From: Kofleriaceae bacterium
Lineage (GTDB): Bacteria; Myxococcota_A; Polyangia; Haliangiales; Haliangiaceae
NCBI GenBank assembly: GCA_965215005.1
Contig: CBDCCZ010000054.1
Coordinates: 269,069-333,068, forward strand
DNA length: 64,000 bases
Direction: 5' to 3'
The translations under genes were made by a program, and so were the position numbers. Each line of letters opens with the position of its first letter. The first letter of the stretch is position 1. Under the pieces are notes generated by a model. The model was not told where the DNA came from. It saw only the letters and a program-made list of their open reading frames with translations, and did no database searches. Positions 10,118 through 19,610 of this stretch are shown in pieces.

Positions 10118-11389
10118 TCACGCTGTTGCGTTTAGCGCCTCTTCGAAGATAGCAACGGCGGTATCGACTTGGTCTTTGGTGACCACCAGCGGCGGCAGCC
10201 AGCGCGCGACGTTGCCAAAGGCCCCGCAGCGCAACATGAGAAGTCCGCGCCGCTCGACCTCCTCTAGTAGCTTTGCGGTGCGGTCGCCATCGGGTTTACC
10301 GCTCGCATCGACCATCCAAGTGCCGAGCATCAAGCCCTTGCCGCGGATGTGGCCGATGGCGCCGTGCTGCTTCTGCAGCTCGATGAGCCGCGCACGCAGA
10401 TGCGCCCCCATCCGCTCGGCGTTCTCCACCAGCTTCTCCTCGCGGATGACGCGAAGCGTGGCTACCGCCGCCGCGGAGGCCACTGCGTTGCCACCGTAGG
10501 TGCCGCCCTGCGAGCCCATCCAACCCTTAGCCATCAGCTCTTCACGCGCGCCGAATGCCGACAATGGAAAGCCGCTCGCGAGTCCCTTGGCGGTGATGAC
10601 AATGTCCGGTTGGGCATCGAAGTGCTCGTGTCCCCAGAACTTGCCGGTCCGGCCGTAGCCGGCTTGGACCTCATCGAGAACCAGCAGAATACCGTGCTCG
10701 TCGCAGCGCTCGCGCAGGCCAGCCAGGAAGGCGGCATTGGCGGGCGTGTAGCCGCCCTCGCCTTGAATGGGCTCGATGAAGAATGCCGCTGTCTCGTTGG
10801 GAGCGCAGTAGGTCATAAAGATGCGATCGAGCTCGCGCAGACAGAACTCGGTCGTGGTTGCTTCATCCCAACCGTAGTGAAATGGATCGGGGAACGGCGC
10901 CACGATCACGCCACCCATTAGCGGCTGCAAGCCGGCGCGCAGCTTTACGCTCGAGGTCGTCATCGACAATGCGCCGACGGTACGGCCGTGAAACGAGCCG
11001 TGGAACACGATGAGGTTCGGCCTTCCGGTCGCGTGTCGACAAAGTCGCATGGCGGCCTCTACAGCCTCGGTTCCGGCGCTGGCGAAGAAGAACCGGTCGA
11101 TGGGGCTCGGCATCACCTCCGCGAGCCCCGCGCTCAGCTCCTTGAGCTTGGGATGCATGACAGTGGTGTATTGCCCATGGATCAAGTTGCCGGCTTGCTC
11201 GCGCGCGGCCGCGACGACCGCCGGATGGCAGTGGCCGGTGCTGGTCACGCCGATACCCGACGTAAAGTCCAGATAGCGCTTGTCCTCAGGGTCAAAAAGA
11301 TAACAACCCTCGCCGCGCACCGCCGTGACTCGACTCGATTGTTTGAGCAGCGGCGAAAGTTGTCCATCTCGTGTCGATGCAGTTCCCAT
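10118..11389 (-). CDS. Class III PLP aminotransferase (GabT/diaminobutyrate-type omega-aminotransferase)
   Basis: YLDFTSGIGVTSTGHCHP, SAGTEAVEAA, FHGRT, FIEPIQGEGG, LVLDEVQAGYGRTG, DIVITAKGLASG, GTYGGN; ATG at 11389 with a GAGGGA RBS. Confidence 0.92.
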   Translation of the reverse strand: MGTASTRDGQLSPLLKQSSRVTAVRGEGCYLFDPEDKRYLDFTSGIGVTSTGHCHPAVVAAAREQAGNLIHGQYTTVMHPKLKELSAGLAEVMPSPIDRFFFASAGTEAVEAAMRLCRHATGRPNLIVFHGSFHGRTVGALSMTTSSVKLRAGLQPLMGGVIVAPFPDPFHYGWDEATTTEFCLRELDRIFMTYCAPNETAAFFIEPIQGEGGYTPANAAFLAGLRERCDEHGILLVLDEVQAGYGRTGKFWGHEHFDAQPDIVITAKGLASGFPLSAFGAREELMAKGWMGSQGGTYGGNAVASAAAVATLRVIREEKLVENAERMGAHLRARLIELQKQHGAIGHIRGKGLMLGTWMVDASGKPDGDRTAKLLEEVERRGLLMLRCGAFGNVARWLPPLVVTKDQVDTAVAIFEEALNATA

Positions 11390-11420
11390 GCAACGAGCAT
11401 CCCTCGCTGCCGAGTCTCGA

Positions 11421-12590
11421 TCAACCCGAGCGGTGCAGCGCTCCGAGAATCGACTCAGCGATCGCTGCGGTGGTGCGCCGCGCCTGGCCATGCTGGCGCA
11501 GGTCCTCTGCGACGGCTGCATGGAGGCGGCGGGCGGCGCTGGCTGCCCGAGGATCTTCTTGCCCCATCCAATCGAGCATCATGGCAGTGGTTAGTAGCAT
11601 CGCTCGGGGATCGGCGATGTCCTGACCGACGATATCCGGCGCGCTGCCGTGAGTCGGCTCGAACATGGGTGGCCGCGAGCGGTCGGATGGATTGATGTTG
11701 CAGGATGGCGCAACGCCCATGCCTCCACACAAAACCGCCGCGAGGTCCGTGAGAATGTCACCTTGCAAGTTGCTTGCAACGACGACGTCGAACATCCATG
11801 GGCTGGCGACGAACTTCATGCACGCTGCATCGACCAACTCATGATGAGTGGCGATATCTGGATAGTTCTTGGCAACCTCGGCAAAGACCTCAGTCCACAT
11901 CTGGCCCCAGTAGGCAAGGGCGTTTCGCTTGGTCACAAGACACACTTGTGCTGCCGCATCGCTGCCAGCGGCGGTGCGGAACTGGCGTGGGCGTCGTGCT
12001 CCGGCCGCACGCTCTGCGGCACGCTGTCGGGCACGCTCGAAGGCGTGAGTAAAAATTCGCTCGGCGCCGCGGCGCGTAAACACTTCCACCTGCGTGGCGA
12101 GCTCAGCAGGGCTGCCTACGCCCACGCGACCGCCCTGGCCGATGTATTCGCCTTCGCTGTTTTCGCGAATCACCAGTAAGTCGAGCTCGCCGGCGCGTGG
12201 ATCGGCGAGATATTGCCGCGCGCCTTCGATGGTGATAGCCGGACGCTCGCATGCCCATAAGTCGAACCCCTGGCGAATCTCGAGCAGCGGCGCCAGCGAA
12301 ACACCATCTGTCAACCGAAAGCGGTCGGTGGCGGTGAGCGGCCCGGGATCGCCGAGGGCGCCCAGCAGCAGCGCATCGTACTGCGCCAGCTGCGCTTTCC
12401 AGTCGCCGGGCATGCCCGCGCCGTTCTCGGCATAGTATGCGGTGGACGGCCACGCGAGCTCAGTGAGCTGCAAGCGCAGCTCGCCGAGCGCCGCGAGCGC
12501 GTCCGCGGCAACGCGCATCACCTCGGGACCGATGCCATCTCCCGGCGCGAGCGCGATCTTCCATTGGCTACGTGCGGCGCTCTCGACCAT
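11421..12590 (-). CDS. Isocitrate/isopropylmalate dehydrogenase family protein, tartrate dehydrogenase/decarboxylase-like
   Basis: PGDGIGPEV, LLGALGDP, VIRENSEGEY, VTKRNA, VDAA, DVVVASNLQGDILTDL, MFEPTHGSAPDI. Confidence 0.85.
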   Translation of the reverse strand: MVESAARSQWKIALAPGDGIGPEVMRVAADALAALGELRLQLTELAWPSTAYYAENGAGMPGDWKAQLAQYDALLLGALGDPGPLTATDRFRLTDGVSLAPLLEIRQGFDLWACERPAITIEGARQYLADPRAGELDLLVIRENSEGEYIGQGGRVGVGSPAELATQVEVFTRRGAERIFTHAFERARQRAAERAAGARRPRQFRTAAGSDAAAQVCLVTKRNALAYWGQMWTEVFAEVAKNYPDIATHHELVDAACMKFVASPWMFDVVVASNLQGDILTDLAAVLCGGMGVAPSCNINPSDRSRPPMFEPTHGSAPDIVGQDIADPRAMLLTTAMMLDWMGQEDPRAASAARRLHAAVAEDLRQHGQARRTTAAIAESILGALHRSG

Positions 12591-12593
12591 GAC

Positions 12594-12992
12594 TCAGTCT
12601 TTGATTTCTTCGGCGGCGAGCTCGTACGAGCCGTCTTTGTTGTGTACTTCGGTGCCGTGTAACGCTGGACTGAACACGCACGCGAGCTCGAGCTCGCTAT
12701 GAGCGCGCAGCACGTGCTTGTCGTGCTTGTCGAGCGCATAGATCATACCCGGCGAAATCGGGTGCTTTTCCCCCGTTCGCAGGTCTTCGATCTCGCCCTC
12801 GCCCTGGATGCAGTACACCGACTCCAGGTGGTTTTGGTACCAGAGCTGGAGCTCGGCGCCGCGATAGATGGTGGTGATGTGAAACGAGAAGTTCATCTCG
12901 TCGTTCTTGAGAAGGAGTCGCACTGACTCGAATCCCTCGGAGGAGATACGGCGTTTGCTTTTCCTGGCTTCTTGAAGACGTCTTACGATCAC
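12594..12992 (-). CDS. ectC: Ectoine synthase (cupin), solitary
   Basis: GTG start at 12992 with a GGAG RBS gives 132 aa: (M)IVRRLQEA...FSFHITTIY...[16 protein letters not shown]...YALDKHDKH...[19 protein letters not shown], the EctC signature. Confidence 0.92.
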   Translation of the reverse strand: MIVRRLQEARKSKRRISSEGFESVRLLLKNDEMNFSFHITTIYRGAELQLWYQNHLESVYCIQGEGEIEDLRTGEKHPISPGMIYALDKHDKHVLRAHSELELACVFSPALHGTEVHNKDGSYELAAEEIKD

Positions 12993-13130
12993 GTTGATGC
13001 TCCAAACTCTTGGTGAGAAGTACGGAAGGAGAGGGCAGCCTACCATCTCGTCCGAGGCTTTGCAGGGCAGCGCCATCGCTCGATCGGCTTGCGTTGTCGG
13101 TGGTGAGCTGCGAAATTGCCGCCGCTGCTC

Positions 13131-14222
13131 ATGTACCGATTTCTGCGTCCCTTGCTGTTTCGTCTCGATGCCGAGCGCGCGCATCACTTGGCCACCACAG
13201 CGGCGCAGCTCGCGCAGTCGCTGGGCTCGCCGCTGATTGCGCCGCTGTTTGCGCATCGCGATTCCAAGCTCGTGCAGTCGCTCTGGGAGCTGGAGTTTGC
13301 CAATCCGGTCGGTCTGGCGGCGGGATTCGATAAGAACGCCACGCTGATGCGATTTTGGCAGGAGTTGGGGTTTGGCTTCGTGGAAGTTGGCTCGGTGAGC
13401 TCGCGACCATCCCGCGGCAATCCACGGCCGCGCGCGTTCCGACTGCCTGCCGATCGAGCCCTCATCAATCGCATGGGACTCAACAACGATGGCGCGGATC
13501 GCATCGCGCCTCGGCTCGAGCGCGCGCGCCGACAGCTTGGCGTGCCGGTAGGCATCAACATCGCCAAGACCCATGATCCTACCATTGTAGAAGATGCCGC
13601 CATCCGCGACTTCTGCGAGAGCTTTCGCGTCATGTGCGGCCTAGGCGACTACATCGTTCTCAATATCTCGTGTCCCAACACGAGAGAAGGGAAGACGTTC
13701 GAGGAGCCGCGCGCTTTGGAGGCGCTCTTGGCCGCCATCATGGCCGAGCGGGAAGCGCTGCGCTCTGCGGTGCCGGTGCTGATCAAGCTCGGACCTCCCG
13801 CCGATGAGGTTGGCGCCCAGACCGCGGAGCTCGTGGATATCGCTACCGCGCATCGGGTGCATGGATTCGTGGCGACCAACACCGCCAGTGATCGCCATGG
13901 ACTTGCCAGCGACACCACCACGATCGCGCGTGCCGGCGCTGGGGGGCTGAGCGGCGCACCACTGGCGGATCGCTCGACGCGCCTGATACGCTTCTTGTAT
14001 CGCCAAACCGGCGGCACAGTGCCCATCATCGGAGTGGGCGGCGTGGCCTCCGCGGAGGCTGCCTACGAGAAATTGCGCGCCGGCGCGAGCCTCGTGCAGC
14101 TTTACACAGCTCTCGTCTATGAAGGACCCGGCGTGGTGGGGCGTATCAACCGCGGGCTCGTCGAGCTACTGGAGCGCGACGGCTTCAGCTCGATCGCCGA
14201 GGCTACGGGGGTAGACTGCTGA
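13131..14222 (+). CDS. pyrD: Quinone-dependent dihydroorotate dehydrogenase (class 2)
   Basis: [65 protein letters not shown]. Confidence 0.95.
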   Translation: MYRFLRPLLFRLDAERAHHLATTAAQLAQSLGSPLIAPLFAHRDSKLVQSLWELEFANPVGLAAGFDKNATLMRFWQELGFGFVEVGSVSSRPSRGNPRPRAFRLPADRALINRMGLNNDGADRIAPRLERARRQLGVPVGINIAKTHDPTIVEDAAIRDFCESFRVMCGLGDYIVLNISCPNTREGKTFEEPRALEALLAAIMAEREALRSAVPVLIKLGPPADEVGAQTAELVDIATAHRVHGFVATNTASDRHGLASDTTTIARAGAGGLSGAPLADRSTRLIRFLYRQTGGTVPIIGVGGVASAEAAYEKLRAGASLVQLYTALVYEGPGVVGRINRGLVELLERDGFSSIAEATGVDC

Positions 14223-14299
14223 CGCCGATGGCAGAGGTTTGCCGATAGAAACAGCGTAACGCAGTCGCGGTCGTGAGCGTGGCCAAGATATAAGCCCTC

Positions 14300-14650
14300 A
14301 TGATTCGAATCACGAGTCTTCTCAGTGCCATGGGGATCTTGATTGCGCTCGCCGCAGGCAGCGGCTGTGGGCGGACCAGATTCCGCGGTGACGCGAGGGT
14401 CCCCAACGGTCCATCAGGTTGCGAGGCAATCTGTGCGGCCTGGGGGATGGACATGGCGGGAATGGTCGCGGTGGGCGGATATTCCACGGCCTGCGTGTGC
14501 GAAGTCCCCGGCAAAGAGGTCGCGGTTACTAGCGTGGCGGCGGCCGTCGTTCCGGCGGTGGCCGGCGTGGTCATGCAGCAGCGTCGCCGAGAGGCGCTGC
14601 TGCTGGCGCTGCTGCAACAGCAGGCGATGCAAGGACAACAGGCGCGCTGA
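14300..14650 (+). CDS. Hypothetical Cys-containing lipoprotein
   Basis: Hydrophobic signal ending GSGC, CEAIC...CVC motifs, Gln-rich tail. Confidence 0.6.
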   Translation: MIRITSLLSAMGILIALAAGSGCGRTRFRGDARVPNGPSGCEAICAAWGMDMAGMVAVGGYSTACVCEVPGKEVAVTSVAAAVVPAVAGVVMQQRRREALLLALLQQQAMQGQQAR

Positions 14651-14690
14651 CGGTCGCAAACCGGCGGCCGCCGACATATCGTAGCGGCCA

Positions 14691-15635
14691 ATGCCACACT
14701 GGATGATCAAGGCCGCCCTGCAGGGGGCGCTCTCGCGCTTGCCCGAGCCGCAGCGCTGGAATCGCCTGTTTCAGCGTTACGTCACGAAGTCGCTCGACCT
14801 CACGGATGAATACTTTCTCGAGAAGTGGCAGCAGTGTGAGCGACATCTAGAGAATTTCCGCAAACATCACGCGAGCGCGGGTGGCTTCACTGCGCTCGAG
14901 CTCGGCACTGGTTGGATGCCCATCACGCCCGTAGGGCTCGCACTCGGCGGCGCGCGACGGGTGTACACCCTGGATATGCAGAGTCTGGTTCGCAAGCCCC
15001 AGGTGCTCGCGGTGCTGCGTGCTTACCAGACGCATCTGCGCCGGGGAACCATCTCCATGGCCGACCCACTGGCGATGGAGCGGCTGAGCGAGTTGGTCGC
15101 GCGGGCACGGCAGCTATCGGTTCGCGAGATGCTCGCGGCGCTGGGCATCGAGACGCTGGTGGCCGACGCGCGGCGCGCGCCGCTCGCAGACCAGTCCGTG
15201 GATTTGTTCCTCTCGAACAACACGCTCGAGCATATTCCCGGCGAGGTCATCGGCGACATTTTTCGCGAGTTCCGCCGCATGGCTTCTAGCGGCGCGATCA
15301 TGAGCCATTTCATCGATATGACTGACCACTACACCACGTTCGATAGCTCGATCAGTGTGTACAACTTCTTGCAGTTCTCCGAGCGCCGCTGGTCGCTGTT
15401 CAACAACGAGTTGCAGTATCAAAACCGCCTGCGGTTGCCGGATTTTCGCGAGCTCCACCAAAAGACGGGCTGGGTCGTCGAAGAAGAAGATAATTACGCT
15501 GAGCCGCCCGAGGCGCTGCACGGCCTCGAGCTGGCGGAGGAATTTGCGCATTACGACGAAGCGGAGCTGCGCGTGTATGCCAGCTGGATGGTGTCGCGCC
15601 GTCCAAATGAATCCAGCCCCGACCGCACCGCATAA
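14691..15635 (+). CDS. Class I SAM-dependent methyltransferase
   Basis: ALELGTG (motif I), ADARRAPLADQSVDLFLSNNTLEHI, HFIDMTDH, NRLRLPDF. Confidence 0.8.
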   Translation: MPHWMIKAALQGALSRLPEPQRWNRLFQRYVTKSLDLTDEYFLEKWQQCERHLENFRKHHASAGGFTALELGTGWMPITPVGLALGGARRVYTLDMQSLVRKPQVLAVLRAYQTHLRRGTISMADPLAMERLSELVARARQLSVREMLAALGIETLVADARRAPLADQSVDLFLSNNTLEHIPGEVIGDIFREFRRMASSGAIMSHFIDMTDHYTTFDSSISVYNFLQFSERRWSLFNNELQYQNRLRLPDFRELHQKTGWVVEEEDNYAEPPEALHGLELAEEFAHYDEAELRVYASWMVSRRPNESSPDRTA

Positions 15636-15703
15636 AACCCCTGCGAGGTACCCGTCGCTGCGCTTGCGGCGGTCCGCGGGTCCTCGAATATCGAGACATC
15701 ACC

Positions 15704-16597
15704 ATGATTTCTGAGCTATTTCGTTCCGAGCGTTGGCGCCAGGTTCCTGGCTTCTCCTTTGCCGATATCACCTATCACCGCGCTATCGATCAAGGAACGG
15801 TGCGCATCGCATTCCACCGCCCCGAAGTTCGCAATGCGTTCCGCCCCAAGACCGTTGATGAGCTCTACACGGCTCTAGAGCATGCGCGCACCACCAGCGA
15901 CGTCGCTTGCGTACTGCTTACCGGCAATGGTCCGTCGCCCAAAGATGGCGGTTGGGCGTTCTGCTCGGGCGGCGATCAACGGATCCGCGGCGCCGATGGC
16001 TATAAGTACGAAGGTGCCGAAGGCGTGCCTGATCCGGCCCGCCTCGGGCGCTTGCACATTCTCGAGGTGCAGCGACTGATCCGCTTCATGCCCAAAGTGG
16101 TCATTGCGGTCGTTCCTGGATGGGCGGTTGGTGGTGGCCACAGCTTGCACGTGGTTTGCGATTTGACGCTTGCCTCGAAAGAGCATGGCATCTTCAAGCA
16201 GACCGATGCTGACGTCGCCAGCTTTGACTCGGGCTACGGCTCAGCGCTGTTGGCGCGCCAGGTTGGGCAGAAGCGCGCTCGGGAGATCTTCTTCCTTGGT
16301 GCAGACTACAGCGCCGAAGAAGCCTTTGAGATGGGAATGGTGAATCGCGCCGTGCCGCATGCGCAGCTCGAAGAGGTCGCTTTGGACTGGGCGCGGGAGA
16401 TTGGCACCAAGAGCCCAACGGCCATTCGCATGCTCAAGTACGGCTTCAATCTTCCCGATGATGGAATGGTCGGCCAGCAGCTCTTTGCAGGCGAAGCCAC
16501 CCGTCTCGCCTACGGCACGGAAGAAGCGCAAGAAGGTCGCGACGCCTTCGTGCAGAAACGCGCCCGCGACTTCACTCGCTTTCCTTGGCGCTATTGA
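15704..16597 (+). CDS. menB: 1,4-dihydroxy-2-naphthoyl-CoA synthase
   Basis: RPEVRNAFRP, AFCSGGDQ, GWAVGGGHSLH, SFDSGYGS, EAQEGRDAF. Confidence 0.95.
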   Translation: MISELFRSERWRQVPGFSFADITYHRAIDQGTVRIAFHRPEVRNAFRPKTVDELYTALEHARTTSDVACVLLTGNGPSPKDGGWAFCSGGDQRIRGADGYKYEGAEGVPDPARLGRLHILEVQRLIRFMPKVVIAVVPGWAVGGGHSLHVVCDLTLASKEHGIFKQTDADVASFDSGYGSALLARQVGQKRAREIFFLGADYSAEEAFEMGMVNRAVPHAQLEEVALDWAREIGTKSPTAIRMLKYGFNLPDDGMVGQQLFAGEATRLAYGTEEAQEGRDAFVQKRARDFTRFPWRY

Positions 16598-16682
16598 GGA
16601 AACCGCGCTCTAAGCCCGCCTCAGATTCCACCTCGCGAGAGCACCGGTGGAATCGCGCGGGTAAATGCCGCATCATGCGTGC

Positions 16683-18647
16683 ATGTCTCGGCTCGAAACG
16701 TATCCGATACCAGAGCGCGTGAGAGAAGGCTCGAATAGCACGATTCGCAGCATGGCGGATTGGCGGGAGGTGTGGCTGGCGGCTAACGCCGATCCGAATG
16801 GCTTCTGGCTCGAGGAGACGAAGCGGCGATTGCGCTGGCGCGAGCCGCCGACGCGTAGCCTCGAAGGTAGCTTCTCCACTGTTGCAAGCGAGCCGCTGAG
16901 CTGGTTCGGCGACGGCACGCTCAATGTCACCGAATCGTGTCTCGACCGGCACGTGGAGACGCATCCCGACAAAGTGGCAATCATCTGGGAAGGGGATGAG
17001 CCCGGCGTCACCCGCACGCTTACGTACCGGCAGCTGCATCGCCAGGTGTGCAAAGCAGCAAATGCGCTCCAAGCGCTCGGGCTCGCGAAGGGCGAACGCG
17101 CCATCATCTATATGGGGATGGTGCCCGAGGCGGCGATCGCGATGCTTGCGTGTGCTCGGCTCGGAGCGATTCATTCCGTGGTGTTCGGCGGCTTCTCGGC
17201 CGAGGCACTGCGCGACCGCATACGCGACTGCGGCGCAGAGCTCATCATCACCCAGAACGAAGGGCGTCGAGGCGGCAGGCCGCTGCCGCTCAAGACGGTG
17301 GTCGACGAGGCATGCGAGGGCGAGCGCGGCGTCAAGAAGGTACTCGTCTATCAGCGCACCGACACTCAAGTGCCGTGGAAAGACGGTCGCGACGTGTGGT
17401 GGCACGATGCTGTCGATTCGGCTGCCGAGGGGGCGCCGGCGGTGGCAACGGGTGCCGAGGATCCGCTGTTCATCCTCTATACCTCGGGCTCGACCGGCAA
17501 GCCCAAGGGCCTCGTGCACACCACCGCGGGATATCTGACGTATGTCTCCTATACCCACGAAATAGTATTCGATTTGCGCCCGAATGACGTCTACGCGTGC
17601 GTGGCCGACGTTGGCTGGATTACTGGCCACTCATACATCGTGTACGGACCGCTCGCGAATGGCGCCACGACGCTCATGTTTGAGTCGACGCCGGCCTATC
17701 CAGACCCCTCCCGCTACTGGGACCTCGTCGAGCGCCATCGCATCAACATTTTCTACACGGCGCCTACTGCGATTCGCGCGCTGGCCGCCCACGGCGACGA
17801 ACCGGTGAAGGCGCACGATCGCTCGTCGCTGCGGGTGCTCGGCACGGTCGGAGAGCCCATCAATCCCGAAGCGTGGCATTGGTACTACGACGTCGTTGGG
17901 CAGCGGCGCTGCACCATCGTGGACACCTGGTGGCAAACCGAGACCGGTGGCATCTGCATTACGCCCATTGCCTCGGCAACCCCACCGCGGCCGGCGTACG
18001 CGACGCTGCCGATGCCGGGTATCTTTCCGTCGCTCGTTGATGCCGAAGGCCACGAGCTGCGCGGCCCCGCGCAAGGCCTCTTGTGCATTGATCATCCGTG
18101 GCCGGGCCAGGCTCGCACGGTTTGGGGCGATCACGACCGCTTCGTCGCCACGTACTTCTCGCAATACCCCGGGCGTTACTTCACCGGCGATGGTGCAATG
18201 CGTGAGTCGGATGGCTACTTCCGCATAACCGGCCGCGTCGACGATGTGCTCAACGTGAGTGGGCATCGCCTGGGAACGGCAGAGCTCGAGGCGGCTCTGA
18301 TAAACGTGGAGGAAGTTGCGGAGGCCGGGGTGGTCGGCTTCCCGCATCCCGTAAAAGGGCAGGGCGTCTACGCGTACGTGGTGCTGCAGCCAGGGGCGGA
18401 GCCATCCGCAGCGCTCGAGACTTCGATGAATGACAGCGTGCGAACGAGCATTGGCCCGATCGCCAAGGTCGACATCATTCAGTTCGTGCCGGGATTGCCA
18501 AAGACGCGCTCGGGCAAAGTCATGCGCCGCATCCTGCGCAAGGTCGCGGAAGGGCAGCCTGAGGCGCTCGGAGATATCTCGACGCTGGCGGATCCCTCGG
18601 TAGTGCGGGCCATCATCGATGGCGCAAAGTCGTTATCCGGAACGTGA
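16683..18647 (+). CDS. acs: Acetyl-CoA synthetase
   Basis: WFGDGTLN, YTSGSTGKPKG, ADVGWITGHSY, VGEPINPEAW, DTWWQTETG, YFTGDG, LPKTRSGK. Confidence 0.96.
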   Translation: MSRLETYPIPERVREGSNSTIRSMADWREVWLAANADPNGFWLEETKRRLRWREPPTRSLEGSFSTVASEPLSWFGDGTLNVTESCLDRHVETHPDKVAIIWEGDEPGVTRTLTYRQLHRQVCKAANALQALGLAKGERAIIYMGMVPEAAIAMLACARLGAIHSVVFGGFSAEALRDRIRDCGAELIITQNEGRRGGRPLPLKTVVDEACEGERGVKKVLVYQRTDTQVPWKDGRDVWWHDAVDSAAEGAPAVATGAEDPLFILYTSGSTGKPKGLVHTTAGYLTYVSYTHEIVFDLRPNDVYACVADVGWITGHSYIVYGPLANGATTLMFESTPAYPDPSRYWDLVERHRINIFYTAPTAIRALAAHGDEPVKAHDRSSLRVLGTVGEPINPEAWHWYYDVVGQRRCTIVDTWWQTETGGICITPIASATPPRPAYATLPMPGIFPSLVDAEGHELRGPAQGLLCIDHPWPGQARTVWGDHDRFVATYFSQYPGRYFTGDGAMRESDGYFRITGRVDDVLNVSGHRLGTAELEAALINVEEVAEAGVVGFPHPVKGQGVYAYVVLQPGAEPSAALETSMNDSVRTSIGPIAKVDIIQFVPGLPKTRSGKVMRRILRKVAEGQPEALGDISTLADPSVVRAIIDGAKSLSGT

Positions 18648-18653
18648 GCAGCG

Positions 18654-18693
18654 CCTCGTGGTTCACGGCGTGTGTCGTGAACCACGGGGTTTC
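18654..18693. terminator. Intrinsic terminator between acs and the V4R gene
   Basis: cctcgtggttcacggc-gtgt-gtcgtgaaccacgggg stem of about 16 bp followed by tttc. Confidence 0.7.
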
Positions 18694-18712
18694 ACGTTCG
18701 ATGGTAGAGACC

Positions 18713-19195
18713 TCAGGCGATATGAAGCTCGAACCCGCAGGCTTCATGGCCGAGGCCGCCGATGCAGGTGATTTCGCGCGCCTTGGTCTTCTTGCGAAGC
18801 ACTCCTTCGACCGCGCCGGCAATCAGTCCGCCCTCGAAATGGCAAAGCACCCGCCCTACTGGCTCCATGCCGCTGCAGGTGATGCACTCGTAAACGTCGA
18901 CTTGCATCTTCGACTCGGTCATCACAGGCACCTTGATGACACCAATCTTCAGCGTCTCGCAGAGAGCCAGAAAATCGTCTAGCGAGGTCAATCCGAGCGA
19001 CGTGCCGAGCTTCTTTCCCGCGACGTAGGCGGTGCCGGCAGCGCCTCGACCGATGATGTCCTCGAGCGCGACGAGACGGAGAAGCCGGTAAAGGGCTACG
19101 CCAACGTTGTCTCCCAGCGTCGGCCGCAGGATCTTGAGGGCGTTGGCAACGTCGACGTTTTGTTCCCTACTCGCGATGGGGGCCACTTCATTCAT
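18713..19195 (-). CDS. Standalone V4R (4-vinyl reductase) domain protein
   Basis: RPTLG..V...YRL, AYVAGKKLG, ECITCSG...LCHFEGGLIAG...EITCIGGLGHEACGF with the conserved V4R Cys residues; GGAGG RBS. Confidence 0.85.
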   Translation of the reverse strand: MNEVAPIASREQNVDVANALKILRPTLGDNVGVALYRLLRLVALEDIIGRGAAGTAYVAGKKLGTSLGLTSLDDFLALCETLKIGVIKVPVMTESKMQVDVYECITCSGMEPVGRVLCHFEGGLIAGAVEGVLRKKTKAREITCIGGLGHEACGFELHIA

Positions 19196-19610
19196 GCATC
19201 ACCTCCACGACACGGTTAGCACGCTCTTCGCCGACGTGTCACTGAACGCTTTCAACGCACACGTGGGCGGAGAGTGGTCTCATCTGGACAGACCGCGCGA
19301 GGTCCCGCGAATGCGTCACCCGTGATGGGTGAGTACGATGAGTGGGCGAACTTCCGTGGGGAAACGCCAAAACTGCCGTAGGCGACACTTGGCTGACGCA
19401 ATTGGTGATGTTGATGACGTCGAACGCAGATGATGAGCCGCGCGGAATACGAAAGCAGGGGTGAGAGCCGAAAAATTGGCCGTCTGGTCACGTAGTTTGG
19501 TGAAGGCTTGCGGTAGAGATAAGCCGACCGAGAACTGTTGGTGGCCGCTTTTACGAACATCGTTGTTGTTGATTCGCTAGCGGCAGAGCCCTAGCTTTGA
19601 GCCGAGCTTC

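Noticed and set aside
10118..11389. Calling the class III aminotransferase ectB and the locus a biosynthetic ectABC operon
   Set aside because: It lacks the typical EctB N-terminal motif, no ectA acetyltransferase is present, and the gene order differs
13058..13076. Sigma54-like site upstream of ectC (TGGCGCTGCCCTGCA on the minus strand)
   Set aside because: GG-to-GC spacing is 9 nt rather than the required 10
12993..13574. 326-aa ORF suggesting an N-terminally extended EctC fusion
   Set aside because: The extension is antisense to pyrD; a GTG start with a GGAG RBS at 12992 gives a normal-length EctC
16572..18347. Long antisense ORFs (also 22942-23952, 48679-49509, 57000-58139, 61816-62745)
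   Set aside because: Shadow ORFs expected opposite real genes in high-GC DNA; they have no domain motifs
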